Below, piece after piece: positions 18,155 to 29,003 of a stretch of 64,000 nucleotides of DNA. The notes beneath the pieces are model-generated. The model had not been told where the DNA came from and ran no database searches. It saw only the letters and a list, made by a program, of their open reading frames with translations. Location of the stretch: positions 896,001 to 960,000 of the forward strand of contig CBDBHR010000030.1 of NCBI GenBank assembly GCA_965205865.1, written 5' to 3'. How positions within the stretch are numbered: the first letter of the stretch is position 1; the number at the start of each line of letters is the position of its first letter. The translations under genes and the position numbers were made by a program. Source of the DNA: a bacterium. Lineage in GTDB: Bacteria; SAR324; NAC60-12.

Positions 18155-20413
18155 ATGGCAAAAAAATCGAAGCAACACAAGAACGTCCATTATCTGGCAC
18201 ATGTTCGTCAAGAGGATGACCACTTCATTCCACACGACCTGGACGAACACTTACGTGGAGTAAGTAAACGAGCAGAAGAGTACGCTCGTGTCTTTGGCAG
18301 CGGAGATTGGGCACAGGTAGCAGGATTGTGGCATGACCTGGGAAAATACAGTGCGGAATTTCAGCAGCGTATCAAGTCAGTGTCTGGTTATGAACCCGAA
18401 GCACATCTTGAAGGTCAGAGTGGTCGAGTTGATCATTCGACCGCTGGGGCACAGTACGCGATTGCGCAATTCGGGTTGCATGGACGGATCTTGGCTTACC
18501 TCATTGCTGGTCATCATACGGGATTGCCGGATTGGCAGTCCAGCGATACTGCCGGTGCGGCGTTAAAAGCAAGACTAGATGATGGCAGACACTTAGAACG
18601 AGCACTAAATCAACCGATTCCTCCTGAGATTCTTTTGCAGCCTAAACCTGATAGCATCCTGCTGGGCAAAGCCAAAGGCTTCACCTTGTGGATACGCATG
18701 TTGTTTTCATGTTTAGTTGACGCAGATTTTTTAGATACCAAAGCGTTCATGGACGCGGACAAGACTGCGCAACGTATAGATACTCTGAGGGTCCAAGAGT
18801 TGTTATCATGTTTCAATACCTACATGGAGAGAAATTTTTCAGAGGTTCCGCAGACGTGCGTGAACTGTACCCGCACCAACGTGCTTCGTCAGTGTCGGGA
18901 CAAATCGCACGAATCACCAGGACTGTTTTCGTTGACAGTTCCTACTGGTGGTGGCAAAACGTTGTCGAGTCTCGCCTTTGCTTTAGAGCATGCTAAACAC
19001 CATGGTAAACGGCGGGTGATTTATGCCATTCCGTATACCAGCATTATCGAACAGACTGCAAACTTTTTCCGCGAAATATTTTCTAATGCTGTCGTTGAAC
19101 ACCATAGTAACCTCGATCCCGAAAAGGAAATGGTGAAAAGCCGCTTGGCAGCAGAGAATTGGGATGCGCCATTGATCGTCACCACCAACGTTCAGTTCTT
19201 CGAGTCGCTTTTTGCCTCTAAAACCAGCCGTTGCCGCAAGTTGCATAACATCGCTGATAGTGTGGTGGTCCTGGACGAGGCTCAACTTCTACCGCCTGAG
19301 TTTTTACAGCCAATTCTCGACGTGATGAATCTACTAGTGCACTATTACGGTGTTACCTTTGTATTATCAACTGCAACCCAACCTGCGTTGAGCACGCTTC
19401 AAACTTTCCAACGTACACTTCGAGGTCTTGAGCAAGTGCGCGAAATCATTGACAACCTGGATACTCTGGATCATGACCTGGAACGCGTTACCGTTTCAAT
19501 GCCGAAAAACTTCCGAAAAACGCAGGAGTGGAACGATATTGCACAGCAGATTCAGCAGCACCCTTCTGTATTGGCAGTGGTTAACTCTCGTTCCGATGCA
19601 CGTGAATTGCACCGGCGGATGCCTGAGGATACGGTGCACTTGTCAGCCCTCATGTGTGGAGAGCATCGCTCACGCATTATCGCCGATGTGAAACAGAGGT
19701 TGTGTGTAGGAAAGGTGCGTGTGGTTAGTACGCAATTGGTAGAAGCCGGCGTGGACTTGGATTTTCCCGTGGTATACCGAGCCCTTGCCGGCCTGGACTC
19801 AATTGCCCAAGCGGCTGGAAGGTGTAATCGCGAAGGTAATCTGAAAGATCGCGAAGGTAATCTGAAAAGGGGTCAAGTTTTTGTATTTATACCGCCTAAA
19901 CCCCCCCCACCCGGAATTTTTCGGCATGCGGCAGACACGACCGTTTCGTTGTTGACAATGAATCCCGACAATCCACTAGAACGGGGTTTATTTCGAAGTT
20001 ACTTCCAGCATTTCTACAAGGGTACTGCATCTCTCGATAAACATGATATAACCAGATTGCTGACACCACAGGGAGACAACGACGATCCATTGAAAGTCCA
20101 GTTTCGCACTGCTGCTTATCGTTTTCAATTAATCGACGACTCGGGCTATCGCAGTATAATTGTGCAATATGGCAGCAGTCCTGCATTAATCTGTCGCTTG
20201 CAGAAAGAAGGTCCGGAACGTTGGCTCATGCGCAAGCTCCAGCGCTACACCGTATCGCTGCCAGAATATCAGTTTCGGAAATTGCTGAGCAACAGCGATG
20301 TGGATGAAATCTATCCCGGCATGTTCGCACAAACTTCGGATGTTCTGTATCACCCAGTAATAGGGGTTTTGGTCGATGACACGAACCTTGATCCAAACGT
20401 TTTGATCAGTTAG
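18155..20413 (+). CDS. cas3: CRISPR-associated HD nuclease/helicase Cas3
   Basis: HDLGK, GHH, DADFLDT, PTGGGKT, DEAQ, SAT, QAAGRCNR; the ORF could also start at 18110. Confidence 0.95.
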   Translation: MAKKSKQHKNVHYLAHVRQEDDHFIPHDLDEHLRGVSKRAEEYARVFGSGDWAQVAGLWHDLGKYSAEFQQRIKSVSGYEPEAHLEGQSGRVDHSTAGAQYAIAQFGLHGRILAYLIAGHHTGLPDWQSSDTAGAALKARLDDGRHLERALNQPIPPEILLQPKPDSILLGKAKGFTLWIRMLFSCLVDADFLDTKAFMDADKTAQRIDTLRVQELLSCFNTYMERNFSEVPQTCVNCTRTNVLRQCRDKSHESPGLFSLTVPTGGGKTLSSLAFALEHAKHHGKRRVIYAIPYTSIIEQTANFFREIFSNAVVEHHSNLDPEKEMVKSRLAAENWDAPLIVTTNVQFFESLFASKTSRCRKLHNIADSVVVLDEAQLLPPEFLQPILDVMNLLVHYYGVTFVLSTATQPALSTLQTFQRTLRGLEQVREIIDNLDTLDHDLERVTVSMPKNFRKTQEWNDIAQQIQQHPSVLAVVNSRSDARELHRRMPEDTVHLSALMCGEHRSRIIADVKQRLCVGKVRVVSTQLVEAGVDLDFPVVYRALAGLDSIAQAAGRCNREGNLKDREGNLKRGQVFVFIPPKPPPPGIFRHAADTTVSLLTMNPDNPLERGLFRSYFQHFYKGTASLDKHDITRLLTPQGDNDDPLKVQFRTAAYRFQLIDDSGYRSIIVQYGSSPALICRLQKEGPERWLMRKLQRYTVSLPEYQFRKLLSNSDVDEIYPGMFAQTSDVLYHPVIGVLVDDTNLDPNVLIS

Positions 20414-20422
20414 GAAAGGGTA

Positions 20423-21154
20423 ATGAAAATCTACTATCTTGAAGTCAGTGGCGACTTTGCTTGTTTCACGCGACCGGAGATGAAGGTCGAGCGTGTCAGT
20501 TATGACGTGATAACGCCTTCGGCTGCGCGTGCCATATTTGAAGCAATTCTTTGGGAACCGGCTATACGCTGGCAGGTGAGAAAGATTGAAGTACTTAAAC
20601 CTATCAAGTGGATCAATCTGCGTCGTAACGAAGTCGGCAGCATTGCTTCGACACACAATATCGAAAGCACGATGAAATCCGGAACCGGTCAGTTAGGGAT
20701 ATATATTGAAGATGAACGCCAACAGCGTGCAGGCTTGTTCCTTCGTGACGTCCAATACCTCATTCATGCGTCGTTCAAGATGCGTGATCCCAGTTCGCAC
20801 AAGCCGAACTTTCCACAGCTGAGTATACGAACGGCGAATGGAGGCGAGTTTGATATGTACAACGAACCGAACCAAGCGGTGAAATTTATGACGATGTTCG
20901 AACGTCGCGCTGCCAAGGGGCAGTGTATTAATCAACCCTATCTAGGCTGTCGTGAATTCGCAGCAGAATTCCGGTTAGTGGAGCCAGGGGACTCACGATC
21001 ACAACCGATTGCTGAGACGCGTGAGTTGGGCTACATGCTGTACGATCTGGACTATCGTAATCTCGCCGATCCCAAGCCACTTTTTTTTCAAGCAAACTTG
21101 GTGAACGGCGTGGTGGACGTTCCAGACTGGGACAGCGAGGAGGTGCGAGGATGA
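20423..21154 (+). CDS. cas5: Type I-C Cas5
   Basis: GDFACFTRPEMKVERVSYDVITPSAARAIFEAILW, PYLGCREF. Confidence 0.95.
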   Translation: MKIYYLEVSGDFACFTRPEMKVERVSYDVITPSAARAIFEAILWEPAIRWQVRKIEVLKPIKWINLRRNEVGSIASTHNIESTMKSGTGQLGIYIEDERQQRAGLFLRDVQYLIHASFKMRDPSSHKPNFPQLSIRTANGGEFDMYNEPNQAVKFMTMFERRAAKGQCINQPYLGCREFAAEFRLVEPGDSRSQPIAETRELGYMLYDLDYRNLADPKPLFFQANLVNGVVDVPDWDSEEVRG

Positions 21155-22953
21155 TTCTGCAAGCGCTCCACGGCTATTACGAAAGGAAAACCAAATCGGT
21201 AGACAACTCAATACCTCCGGAAGGATGGACTCGGCGAGAAATCGACTACGTTTTAGTTCTCAACAATTCGGGTGAATGCGTTAACATTGAAACGGTTTTT
21301 ACAAAGCAAAAAACAAAGATCATAGGCCGGAACGTAATGCTCCCGGCTATAGGTAAACAAGCCCTAAAACATACAAATAGCGGGAAAGATGCAAACCTTC
21401 TCTGGGACAACACGAGTTTTGTTTTTGGAAGGGGAAACAAAGGCAGCTTAAAAATTAAAAGCTTTATATCAACGATTGATGAATGGTTACAGGATTGTCA
21501 CGATGATGAGGGAATCAACTCTGTAAAAATATTCTGTGGAAGGCTAGCAAACAAGCCGGACTGCACTGACCGTCTTTTAGCTAAATTTGATTTGACTGAA
21601 GACTTTGAGAGACGTGATCCTATTGTTGTATTTCGCTTGGTTAGCGATGGTCCGATTTACATACCGGATCGTTCTGCGGTTAGAGCAGCATACGACAAAG
21701 CGCGATTGTTATCTGCTTCTACCAATAAACATGGAACTTGTTTAGTCACTGGTGGAGAGAAAGAGCCAATTACAAGAAACGAAATGGTCATAAAAGGAGT
21801 TTGGGGTGCCCAGACGTCGGGAGCAAACGTCGTTTCATTCAACGAGCGTGCTTTTGAGTCGTACGGAAAGCGAAAACGTCAAGGAGAAAATGCCCCAATC
21901 AGTCAGTCCGTATCTTTCGCTTACACCACGGCGCTCAACCACTTGCTTCACAGAGATTCGCCGCAGCGTCTCCAAATCGGAGATGCGAGTTCGGTGTTCT
22001 GGGCCGACAAACCTACAGAATTGGAAATGGGAATAGTGGACATATTTAGCGAGCCGCCTCAGGATGATCCGGACCGCAACATTAATGCGGTAAGAAGTCT
22101 CTACACTGCCATCGATTCAGGCTTGTTGGAGAAAGACCAAGGCAAAGCAAAATTCTTTGTTCTGGGTCTTGCTCCCAATGCAGCACGTATCGCCATCCGT
22201 TTTTGGTACCACGGCACGGTAGCAGAAATAGCTGGACGGATTAAACAGCACTTCGATGATATGGCTATTGAGCGCTCACCCCGTGATCCGCTCTATCTTT
22301 CGTTGTTTCGCTTGCTGGTATCAGTGGCAACGCAAGGCAAAGCGGACAATATTCCACCGAATCTTGGTGGTGAGTTGATGCGAAGCATTCTCGTAGGTCT
22401 GCCCTATCCATACACACTGCTCTCGGCTGCCGTGCGCCGGATTCGTGCCGAGCAATCGAAAAAACACCCTAAGGGCCGATTTGTTCAGAATGTTACATAT
22501 TCCCGTGCTGCGTTAATCAAAGCTTGCATCAATCGTGCAACCCGTTATTCAAACCCTGTTATGAAGGAGGAACTAAGCATGTCTCTAGACGAATCCAATA
22601 CAAACGTTGGCTACCGGCTGGGTCGACTGTTTGCGGTGTTGGAGAAGATCCAGGAAGAAGCCAATCCTGGAATCAATGCTACCATACGCGATCGTTACTA
22701 CGGTGCAGCGTCGAGTACGCCGGTGATTGTATTCTCGATTCTGCTGAAGCTTAAAAACCATCATCTTTCTAAATTGGAGAAACCCGGCCGTGTAGTGAAT
22801 ATGGAAAAGCGCATCGGTGAAATCATGGAGAATCTCAGCGATTTCCCAGCGCGATTGTCCTTGGAAGACCAGGGTCGCTTCGCTATCGGCTATTATCACC
22901 AACGGCAGAATTTTTTCAAGAAAACTAAATCAACCTTAATGGAAGGAGACTAA
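21151..22953 (+). CDS. cas8c: Type I-C Cas8c (Csd1)
   Basis: [46 protein letters not shown]; probable internal Cas11 start at MSLDESN after AAGGAGG. Confidence 0.93.
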   Translation: MILQALHGYYERKTKSVDNSIPPEGWTRREIDYVLVLNNSGECVNIETVFTKQKTKIIGRNVMLPAIGKQALKHTNSGKDANLLWDNTSFVFGRGNKGSLKIKSFISTIDEWLQDCHDDEGINSVKIFCGRLANKPDCTDRLLAKFDLTEDFERRDPIVVFRLVSDGPIYIPDRSAVRAAYDKARLLSASTNKHGTCLVTGGEKEPITRNEMVIKGVWGAQTSGANVVSFNERAFESYGKRKRQGENAPISQSVSFAYTTALNHLLHRDSPQRLQIGDASSVFWADKPTELEMGIVDIFSEPPQDDPDRNINAVRSLYTAIDSGLLEKDQGKAKFFVLGLAPNAARIAIRFWYHGTVAEIAGRIKQHFDDMAIERSPRDPLYLSLFRLLVSVATQGKADNIPPNLGGELMRSILVGLPYPYTLLSAAVRRIRAEQSKKHPKGRFVQNVTYSRAALIKACINRATRYSNPVMKEELSMSLDESNTNVGYRLGRLFAVLEKIQEEANPGINATIRDRYYGAASSTPVIVFSILLKLKNHHLSKLEKPGRVVNMEKRIGEIMENLSDFPARLSLEDQGRFAIGYYHQRQNFFKKTKSTLMEGD

Positions 22954-22955
22954 AC

Positions 22956-23840
22956 ATGGCAATCGAGAACCGCTACGACTTTGTTTTATTATTTGACGTG
23001 AAAGACGGCAACCCTAATGGTGATCCGGACGCGGGTAATTTGCCACGTGTTGATGCTGAGACCGGGCGTGGGCTTGTGACTGACGTGAGTTTGAAACGCA
23101 AGGTCCGTAACTACGTTGGTATTGTGAAAGAAGAAAAGCCGCCATTTGAAATTTACGTAAAGGAAAAAGCAATCCTCAATAAGCAGCACGAACGCGCCTA
23201 TGAAGCCATTGGCGCTGGTGAATCTCTCAAGGGAGAAGATAAGAAGCGTAAAGGTGGGGACAAAGTAGACGAGGCGCGTGCTTGGATGTGCAAAAATTTT
23301 TATGACGTGCGTACTTTCGGCGCAGTAATGTCTACTGGTGTGAACTGCGGTCAGGTGCGAGGTCCCGTACAACTCACTTTCGCACGTTCGGTGGATCCTA
23401 TCGTTGCCCAGGAACATTCAATTACTCGTATGGCGGTGGCGACGGTGGCGGAATCCGCTAAACAAGAAGGTGACAATCGAACTATGGGCCGCAAACACAC
23501 TGTGCCTTATGGCCTTTACGTAGCGCATGGTTTTGTCTCGGCGCATCTCGCAGATCAAACAAAATTTTCCGATGACGACCTCAATTTATTGTGGAATTCG
23601 CTCGCCGACATGTTTGAACATGATCGTTCAGCCGCACGCGGAGAGATGACAACTCGTGGACTGTATATATTCAAGCACAATTCGCGGCTGGGAAATGCAC
23701 ACGCGCATCGTCTTTTCACATGTATTCAACCCAAGCGGAAAGAAAGTGTCATCGTACCACGAGATTTTGAAGATTATAATATCTCGATTAATAAAAAGAA
23801 CCTGCCCAGTGATGTGAATTTGATTCCTCAAGTAGGTTGA
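22956..23840 (+). CDS. cas7: Type I-C Cas7 (Csd2)
   Basis: [44 protein letters not shown]. Confidence 0.95.
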   Translation: MAIENRYDFVLLFDVKDGNPNGDPDAGNLPRVDAETGRGLVTDVSLKRKVRNYVGIVKEEKPPFEIYVKEKAILNKQHERAYEAIGAGESLKGEDKKRKGGDKVDEARAWMCKNFYDVRTFGAVMSTGVNCGQVRGPVQLTFARSVDPIVAQEHSITRMAVATVAESAKQEGDNRTMGRKHTVPYGLYVAHGFVSAHLADQTKFSDDDLNLLWNSLADMFEHDRSAARGEMTTRGLYIFKHNSRLGNAHAHRLFTCIQPKRKESVIVPRDFEDYNISINKKNLPSDVNLIPQVG

Positions 23841-23844
23841 AGGT

Positions 23845-24180
23845 ATGGGTATTCCAACCTTAACTGCATGGTCCGATGATGATCCCATCATGATCTCCGC
23901 CCTGGAGCATTTCAGCTATTGTCCGCGCCAGTGTGCATTGATTCACCAGGAACAGACGTTTGATGAAAATCTGTACACTCTGCGAGGGCGAGCAGTTCAC
24001 GAGCAGGTTGATGAAAAGGAAGTGATTGTTGTTTACCAGAAACGTAAACAGGAAGAAATCCAGCATCCCATCATCGAACGAAAAGTTCCTATTGGACTGA
24101 TTCCTCATGTCCAAGCCCGTTTACTGGCTCGGGTGTTGCGGGGGGATATGGAAGACTATCTGCCCTTTTTGTATCGCTAA
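23845..24180 (+). pseudogene. In-frame cas4(N-terminus)::cas1(C-terminus) deletion fusion
   Basis: ISALEHFSYCPRQCALIH...LRGRAVHEQVD (Cas4) joined near 24015 to KEVIVVYQKRKQEEIQHP...QARLLARVLRGDMEDYLPF (Cas1c). Confidence 0.88.
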
Positions 24181-24212
24181 AAGGTTAGACGGAGGTTGAA
24201 ACAAACAACATA

Positions 24213-24503
24213 ATGCAAGTCTTGATTACGTATGATGTAGCTACAGAACAGAAAGTCGGAAAACGGCGGCTGCGGAGAGTTGCTCAACTGTGCAAGAACT
24301 TCGGCCAGCGGGTGCAAAAGTCTGTCTTCGAGTGTTTGGTCGATCAAGCGCAGTACGAGCAACTGGTTCGATCTCTTGTCAAATGTATTGACGAGAAGGA
24401 GGACAATTTGAGGATTTATCGTTTAAGAGAGCCCAAAGAGCAGTATTGTCAGCACTTTGGAGTAGCTCCTTCGATTAACTTTGATGACCCGCTTTTAGTC
24501 TAA
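24213..24503 (+). CDS. cas2: Cas2
   Basis: LITYDV, RLRRVA..C.NFGQRVQKSVFEC, DNLRIY. Confidence 0.95.
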   Translation: MQVLITYDVATEQKVGKRRLRRVAQLCKNFGQRVQKSVFECLVDQAQYEQLVRSLVKCIDEKEDNLRIYRLREPKEQYCQHFGVAPSINFDDPLLV

Positions 24504-24714
24504 TTAAATGTATCTAAGCTTCGGATCTTGTGAAAAGAGCGAACCTGAAGCGAGGGCATAGAAACGGGCAGGATCGCGATGGCTGTAAGTCCCGGAATTT
24601 TATAGATTTTCTCGTTCCCTGCGTTGTTTCGTTATCAGACTTTCAGGACAGTTCAAGGAGGATCGCGGAAACGAGGGGAAAATCCTAAGCAAATCAACTG
24701 CTTGGGAGGTTAAA

Positions 24715-25027
24715 GTAGCGCTCAACCTCCGGGTTGGGTGAGGATTGAAACTAGCATAATAATATTGAGTTTTTTCATCAAAAAAAGCGTAGCACTCAAC
24801 CTCCGGGTTGGGTGAGGATTGAAACTAGTGTAAGAGGATTGAAACTTGATGAAGTGAGATCAATGAGAGGAGTTCCGAAGTAGCACTCAACCTCCGGGTT
24901 GGGTGAGGATTGAAACATATTCAGATGGTGGATTTGGATGAAAAAATACAGTAGCACTCAACCTCCGGGTTGGGTGAGGATTGAAACTAGTGTAAGAGGA
25001 TTGAAACTTGATGAAGTGAGATCAATG
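24715..25027 (+). CRISPR. Short degenerate CRISPR array with 37-bp repeat GTAGCACTCAACCTCCGGGTTGGGTGAGGATTGAAAC
   Basis: Full repeats at 24715, 24789, 24880 and 24951; 12-bp partial repeats at 24834 and 24996; spacers of 37, 34 and 34 bp; leader between cas2 and 24714. Confidence 0.95.
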
Positions 25028-25032
25028 TGTAT

Positions 25033-25091
25033 TGGGGTCAGGCTTGCATACTTGTATTTCTTCTGAATACAAGTATGCAAGCCTGACCCCA
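25033..25091. repeat. Perfect 26-bp-arm hairpin (REP/REPIN-like)
   Basis: TGGGGTCAGGCTTGCATACTTGTATT, 7-nt loop, exact inverse. Confidence 0.85.
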
Positions 25092-25500
25092 TCTCAACAC
25101 TCTACGGTCGAATCCGCCATCAACGCTCTGGATGCGCACAGACTCGACCGATGTCCGGATCATGGAATCAAGGGGTTCGAACGTTATGTCGCTCTGGCTG
25201 TGCTTGCAAAAAACATCCACCGTCTCGGCACCGTCCTGCGTGAACAACAAAAAGAACGGCAGCGTCGTAAACGAGGACCCTACAAATAAGCGGCCTGAAC
25301 CCAAGAGTGACTCCCCATTCTGAAACAAGAGGGGAGGCCGGGAGGGGGGGCGAGTGTCCAAAAATAGGGAGGTAACAAAAAATTAGGGATCCCAAAGAAA
25401 AACAGCTTCAATTCTCTAAAATATGGCTTGTTCAAAAACAGATGTTCTCGCGGGTTCTACACCTCCTATTAGTAAAATTGTATTTTTCTGTCAGGCACTA
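25092..25500 (+). mobile_element. ISNCY/IS5-like transposase 3' remnant
   Basis: HSTVESAINALDAHRLDRCPDHGIKGFERYVALAVLAKNIHRLG; stop at 25289. Confidence 0.65.
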
Positions 25501-25508
25501 AATAAGGA

Positions 25509-25796
25509 ATGATGATGAACCCAAGAGTTAAAGACGTATCAGCAAATCCAGATTTCACGATCAATCTTACATTTGATAATGGCGAAAAGAAGGTTTTTGA
25601 TATACGACCTTATTTGGATAAAGGAATTTTTAAAGACCTTAAAGATCTTAAGAAATTCAATTCAGTAAAACCTTTTTTGGGAAGTATTCAATGGGATGGT
25701 GGACAAGATTTTTGTCCAGATACCCTGTATTTAGAGAGCTTTGCCCAACAAGACGGTCAAGCCGACGCCCACCACGCCCCTTCGGTCGAAATTTAG
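25509..25796 (+). CDS. DUF2442-family protein (cassette-borne)
   Basis: LTFDNGEKKVFD..PYL..GIF, IQWDGGQDFCPDTLY; 3' end overlaps an attC-like site. Confidence 0.85.
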   Translation: MMMNPRVKDVSANPDFTINLTFDNGEKKVFDIRPYLDKGIFKDLKDLKKFNSVKPFLGSIQWDGGQDFCPDTLYLESFAQQDGQADAHHAPSVEI

Positions 25797-25860
25797 AGTA
25801 AATTTTTAAAATTTACCTCAAGAGCAACCCAAATGGGCGCTGCTCACCTCAGCGTTCCAC
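25743..25860 (+). repeat. attC-like site
   Basis: GCCCAAC-AAGACGGTCAAGCCGACGCCCA...TGGGCGCTGCTCACCTCAGC-GTTCCAC. Confidence 0.65.
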
Positions 25861-26139
25861 CTAACTCGCTACGCTCGCACGTGAACCTTATCGTTCGCTA
25901 GTACAAAATTGGCAGTTGCATTGCTTTTCTTCAGTAGAATACGTTTCTGATTAATCAAATGTTTTTCAAAATTGAAAAATAAATAAAGCGCCGATTTTGT
26001 TAGTTCTGGAAGCACTTTTTCATTGCAACCACTTTCCAGCGCCAGCCGGTGGTTGACCTCGTATTCGTCAAAGGTACCCTCGGCAATGCCCAGCAGCGAT
26101 GGCAACGTCCCCAACCTGTACAGCAGCTTGGGTGCGCAT

Positions 26140-26695
26140 TGACCAAACATTGGAGTTGGAAGAAATTATTCAGGCAGTTTGTCAATTGTATCGCATCACT
26201 GAAAAACAACTCATTGCCAAGGGGAAAGAAAGGAAACTCTCTGAAGCAAGGTCGGTTATTGCCTGGATAGTGCGAGGATCAGAAAATCCAACATTGGAAG
26301 TCTGGGAAGAGCGTTGTGGTCGAGATGGCGTCACCTTAAGCAATGCCATTCGAATTTTGCCAGAACGCGCCAAAACAGGCAAAGATTTGCTAAACAAGAT
26401 GAAAGAGATTGAGGAAAAACGATTAATCTCGTTCGGGTCAATTCCCCGCAACCGCTCGGCGTACCGTTGCTGCGTTGAAAAAAAGATAATCCGACAAAAT
26501 ACTCCGCTTGAGCGAAGCGAAAGTCGAACCTCAACGAGAGAGCTTGATCCGGTCCAAGATAATGTTTTATTCAAGACGGTCTATGTCGATCACAGAGGAT
26601 ATGGAATTATCTGGAATGATGATCTTGATCTAGCAGAATCAGAACTTTGGATTAATGGCGAAACAGCCGAACAAGTTGATGGAGCAGACTTGTGA
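26140..26695 (+). pseudogene. Chimeric remnant: RAYT C-terminal DnaA-like HTH joined to a DUF2442 C-terminus
   Basis: LEEIIQAVCQLYRITEKQL...SEARSVIAW followed by VYVDHRGYGIIWNDDLDLAESELW. Confidence 0.55.
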
Positions 26696-26792
26696 CCCTG
26701 CGTTTTTTTCGAGGGATCGTGCCTGTTTTCTACATTATCGTTTTTCCAAAATTCAGTGATAGGCCACAAGAATGCTCATCATAACGTTGAGA
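26666..26792 (+). repeat. attC-like site
   Basis: GCCGAAC-AAGTTGATGGAGCAGACTTGTG...CACAAGAATGCTCATCATAAC-GTTGAGA. Confidence 0.7.
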
Positions 26793-26980
26793 CACGGACT
26801 AGCATGGGGCGAAGGTGAATAGACGGGAGAATGGATGAGAGAAGCACAAAAGATTGATAGCATCACACATGAAGCGTCCTGTAAGGATGACATAGGACTT
26901 GACATCTTCCGGGGGAGGCGATAGAGATGGTGGACTTTCTTTAGAAGCATCGGTTTAAAAGAATGTGAAAAGGGGACCTA

Positions 26981-28012
26981 ATGGCAAATATCAGCATGGA
27001 AAAAGAAGGATGGATCGAAGGCATGCCTCGGGATGAGCGGGGATACTGGCACCCTGAAAAAGGGACAGGCCCCCCCAGTCCTTTGTTTGCCTGGCCACCC
27101 AAGCCCCTCGCGGCTTTCAAATACCTGTTTGGCTTCCCGGGTTACCTGTATCCGTGGAATATGATCTATTTTGGCATCGCCATAGTCACGTGGCTCTACT
27201 TCCAGCCGGCCTTGTCTCGCTGTGTCACTTTCCAACTCGACTGGATCCTGGAGATGTTTGTCCGCAACCTCGTGCTGCTGGTCGTCATCTATAGTGCCTG
27301 GCACTACTGGCTCTGGACGCGCAAGTCCCAGGGGTTGCAGTACAAATACAACGCCGAGTGGATGGCAACGGGAAAGCGGAGATTTCTCTGGGGGGACCAA
27401 CTGCGCGACAACATCTTCTGGTGTTGTTTTAGCGCCGTTCCGATCTGGACGGCGTATGAAGCGCTGATGATGTGGGCCTACGCCAACGAGCTGCTGCCCT
27501 ACATCGATCCGCGAGAACAGCCGATCTACTTTATCGTGCTGCTGATCTGCATGCCCATGATTCGGATCTTCCACTTATATTGGGTCCATCGTCTCATGCA
27601 CTGGCCTCCGCTCTTCAAGCGGGTGCACTACCTCCATCACAAAAACATCAATATCGGGCCCTGGTCCGGTGTGGCCATGCATCCGATTGAGCACCTGATT
27701 GTTTTCAGCAGTGTACTGATTCACTGGATCTTGCCCTCGCATCCCATCCACATGCTGATGAACACCCAACACAATGCGCTCCCGCCGGCTCAGGGGCATT
27801 CCGGGTTCCAGCAGTTGGTTCTCAAGGGGAACCTCCAGGTTCCCATCAATAACGGTTTCCATCATCTGCATCACCGTCACTTTGAGTGCAACTACGGAGA
27901 ACCCTATATGCCTTTGGATTATTGGTTCGGCACCTATCACGATGGCTCTCCCGAGGCCCAGGAAGCGATCCTGAAGAAGCAAGCCCGGAAAAACATGAGG
28001 TACAGCGCCTAG
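26981..28012 (+). CDS. Sterol desaturase / fatty acid hydroxylase family protein
   Basis: Histidine boxes HRLMH, HYLHH, HPIEH, GHSG, FHHLHHRHF..NYG. Confidence 0.9.
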   Translation: MANISMEKEGWIEGMPRDERGYWHPEKGTGPPSPLFAWPPKPLAAFKYLFGFPGYLYPWNMIYFGIAIVTWLYFQPALSRCVTFQLDWILEMFVRNLVLLVVIYSAWHYWLWTRKSQGLQYKYNAEWMATGKRRFLWGDQLRDNIFWCCFSAVPIWTAYEALMMWAYANELLPYIDPREQPIYFIVLLICMPMIRIFHLYWVHRLMHWPPLFKRVHYLHHKNINIGPWSGVAMHPIEHLIVFSSVLIHWILPSHPIHMLMNTQHNALPPAQGHSGFQQLVLKGNLQVPINNGFHHLHHRHFECNYGEPYMPLDYWFGTYHDGSPEAQEAILKKQARKNMRYSA

Positions 28013-28064
28013 AATGCAATAGCTGACTGAAATGGATGTTTGACTACGGGCTCCTTTGGTGCGC

Positions 28065-29003
28065 TTACCAGTTGAAAGGGGAGAGGAGCCGGGCCAGGAA
28101 GCCGCGTTTGCGTTTTCCTGCAGCACCGTAACTGCCCTGCCCGCCCCGCAGCCGCGGATCGAGCAGGTCCCTGAGGGCATCTCCGAACATGTTGAAGGAG
28201 TAGACGACAATCGTCAAGAAAAGCCCCGGCCAGAGCGCCAGCCAGGGGGCCTGCTCCATGTACTTGCGCCCTTCCCGGCTGAGCAGACCTCCCCAGCTGG
28301 GAACGTCCGGTGGCAGACCGAATCCGAGAAAGCTCAGCGACGCTTCAGACAGGATGACCGCCCCGATGTTGATCGAGAAGATGATGATGACAGGCGCCAT
28401 GATATTGGGCAGCACATGGCGGATCAGGATTTGGCTCGTGGGGGTGCCCACGGCCCGGGCTGCCAGAAAATAATCATTCTCTTTGATGCCGATCACGGCA
28501 CTCCGGACGACTCTTGAGCTACCGATGCCCCCTGTTACCCCCAGGACCACGATGATCTGAGGCAGACCCCGCCCCACGATAGACATGATGGTCAGCAGGA
28601 GCAGCAGTCCCGGGAAGGCCATCCAGGCATCAACAAAGCGCTGCGCAGCCAAGTCCAATTTACCACCAAGGAATCCTGAAATGCCGCCGATCAGCACAGC
28701 GACGACAACATTTAGAGCGGTCGCCGCCAGACCGACCACTATGGAAATACGAGCCCCGATGATCAGGCGGCTGAGTAAGTCTCGTCCCATCTGGTCGGTC
28801 CCCAGCAGATACCGGACGGATGAGCCCGTCATCCGGTCTCTCAGGTGCATTTCCTTAAAGGGATAAGGCGCCAGCGCATCGGCAAAGAGCGCCACCAGAA
28901 TCAAGAGCAAGACGATCATCCCGCAGGCCGTCCCCAGGGGCTGCTCCTTGAGCAGCCTGATCAAGAATGCAGCCAGCCGGCCCCGTCGCTTGGGTTCATT
29001 CAT
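28065..29003 (-). CDS. OppC-like ABC permease
   Basis: GTDQMGRD, EASLSFLG, PSWG; paralogue of 1738-2696. Confidence 0.92.
   Translation of the reverse strand: MNEPKRRGRLAAFLIRLLKEQPLGTACGMIVLLLILVALFADALAPYPFKEMHLRDRMTGSSVRYLLGTDQMGRDLLSRLIIGARISIVVGLAATALNVVVAVLIGGISGFLGGKLDLAAQRFVDAWMAFPGLLLLLTIMSIVGRGLPQIIVVLGVTGGIGSSRVVRSAVIGIKENDYFLAARAVGTPTSQILIRHVLPNIMAPVIIIFSINIGAVILSEASLSFLGFGLPPDVPSWGGLLSREGRKYMEQAPWLALWPGLFLTIVVYSFNMFGDALRDLLDPRLRGGQGSYGAAGKRKRGFLARLLSPFNW

Noticed and set aside
19827-19867. 21-bp tandem duplication in cas3 (REGNLK twice)
   Set aside because: In frame, just after helicase motif VI; probably neutral slippage.
24752-25027. Self-targeting spacers
   Set aside because: No match to the spacers was noticed in this window by eye; a proper search was not possible.
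26099-26695. 198-aa ORF as a genuine novel fusion protein
   Set aside because: Made of a transposase tail, repeat-derived sequence and a DUF2442 tail; most likely chance in-frame debris.
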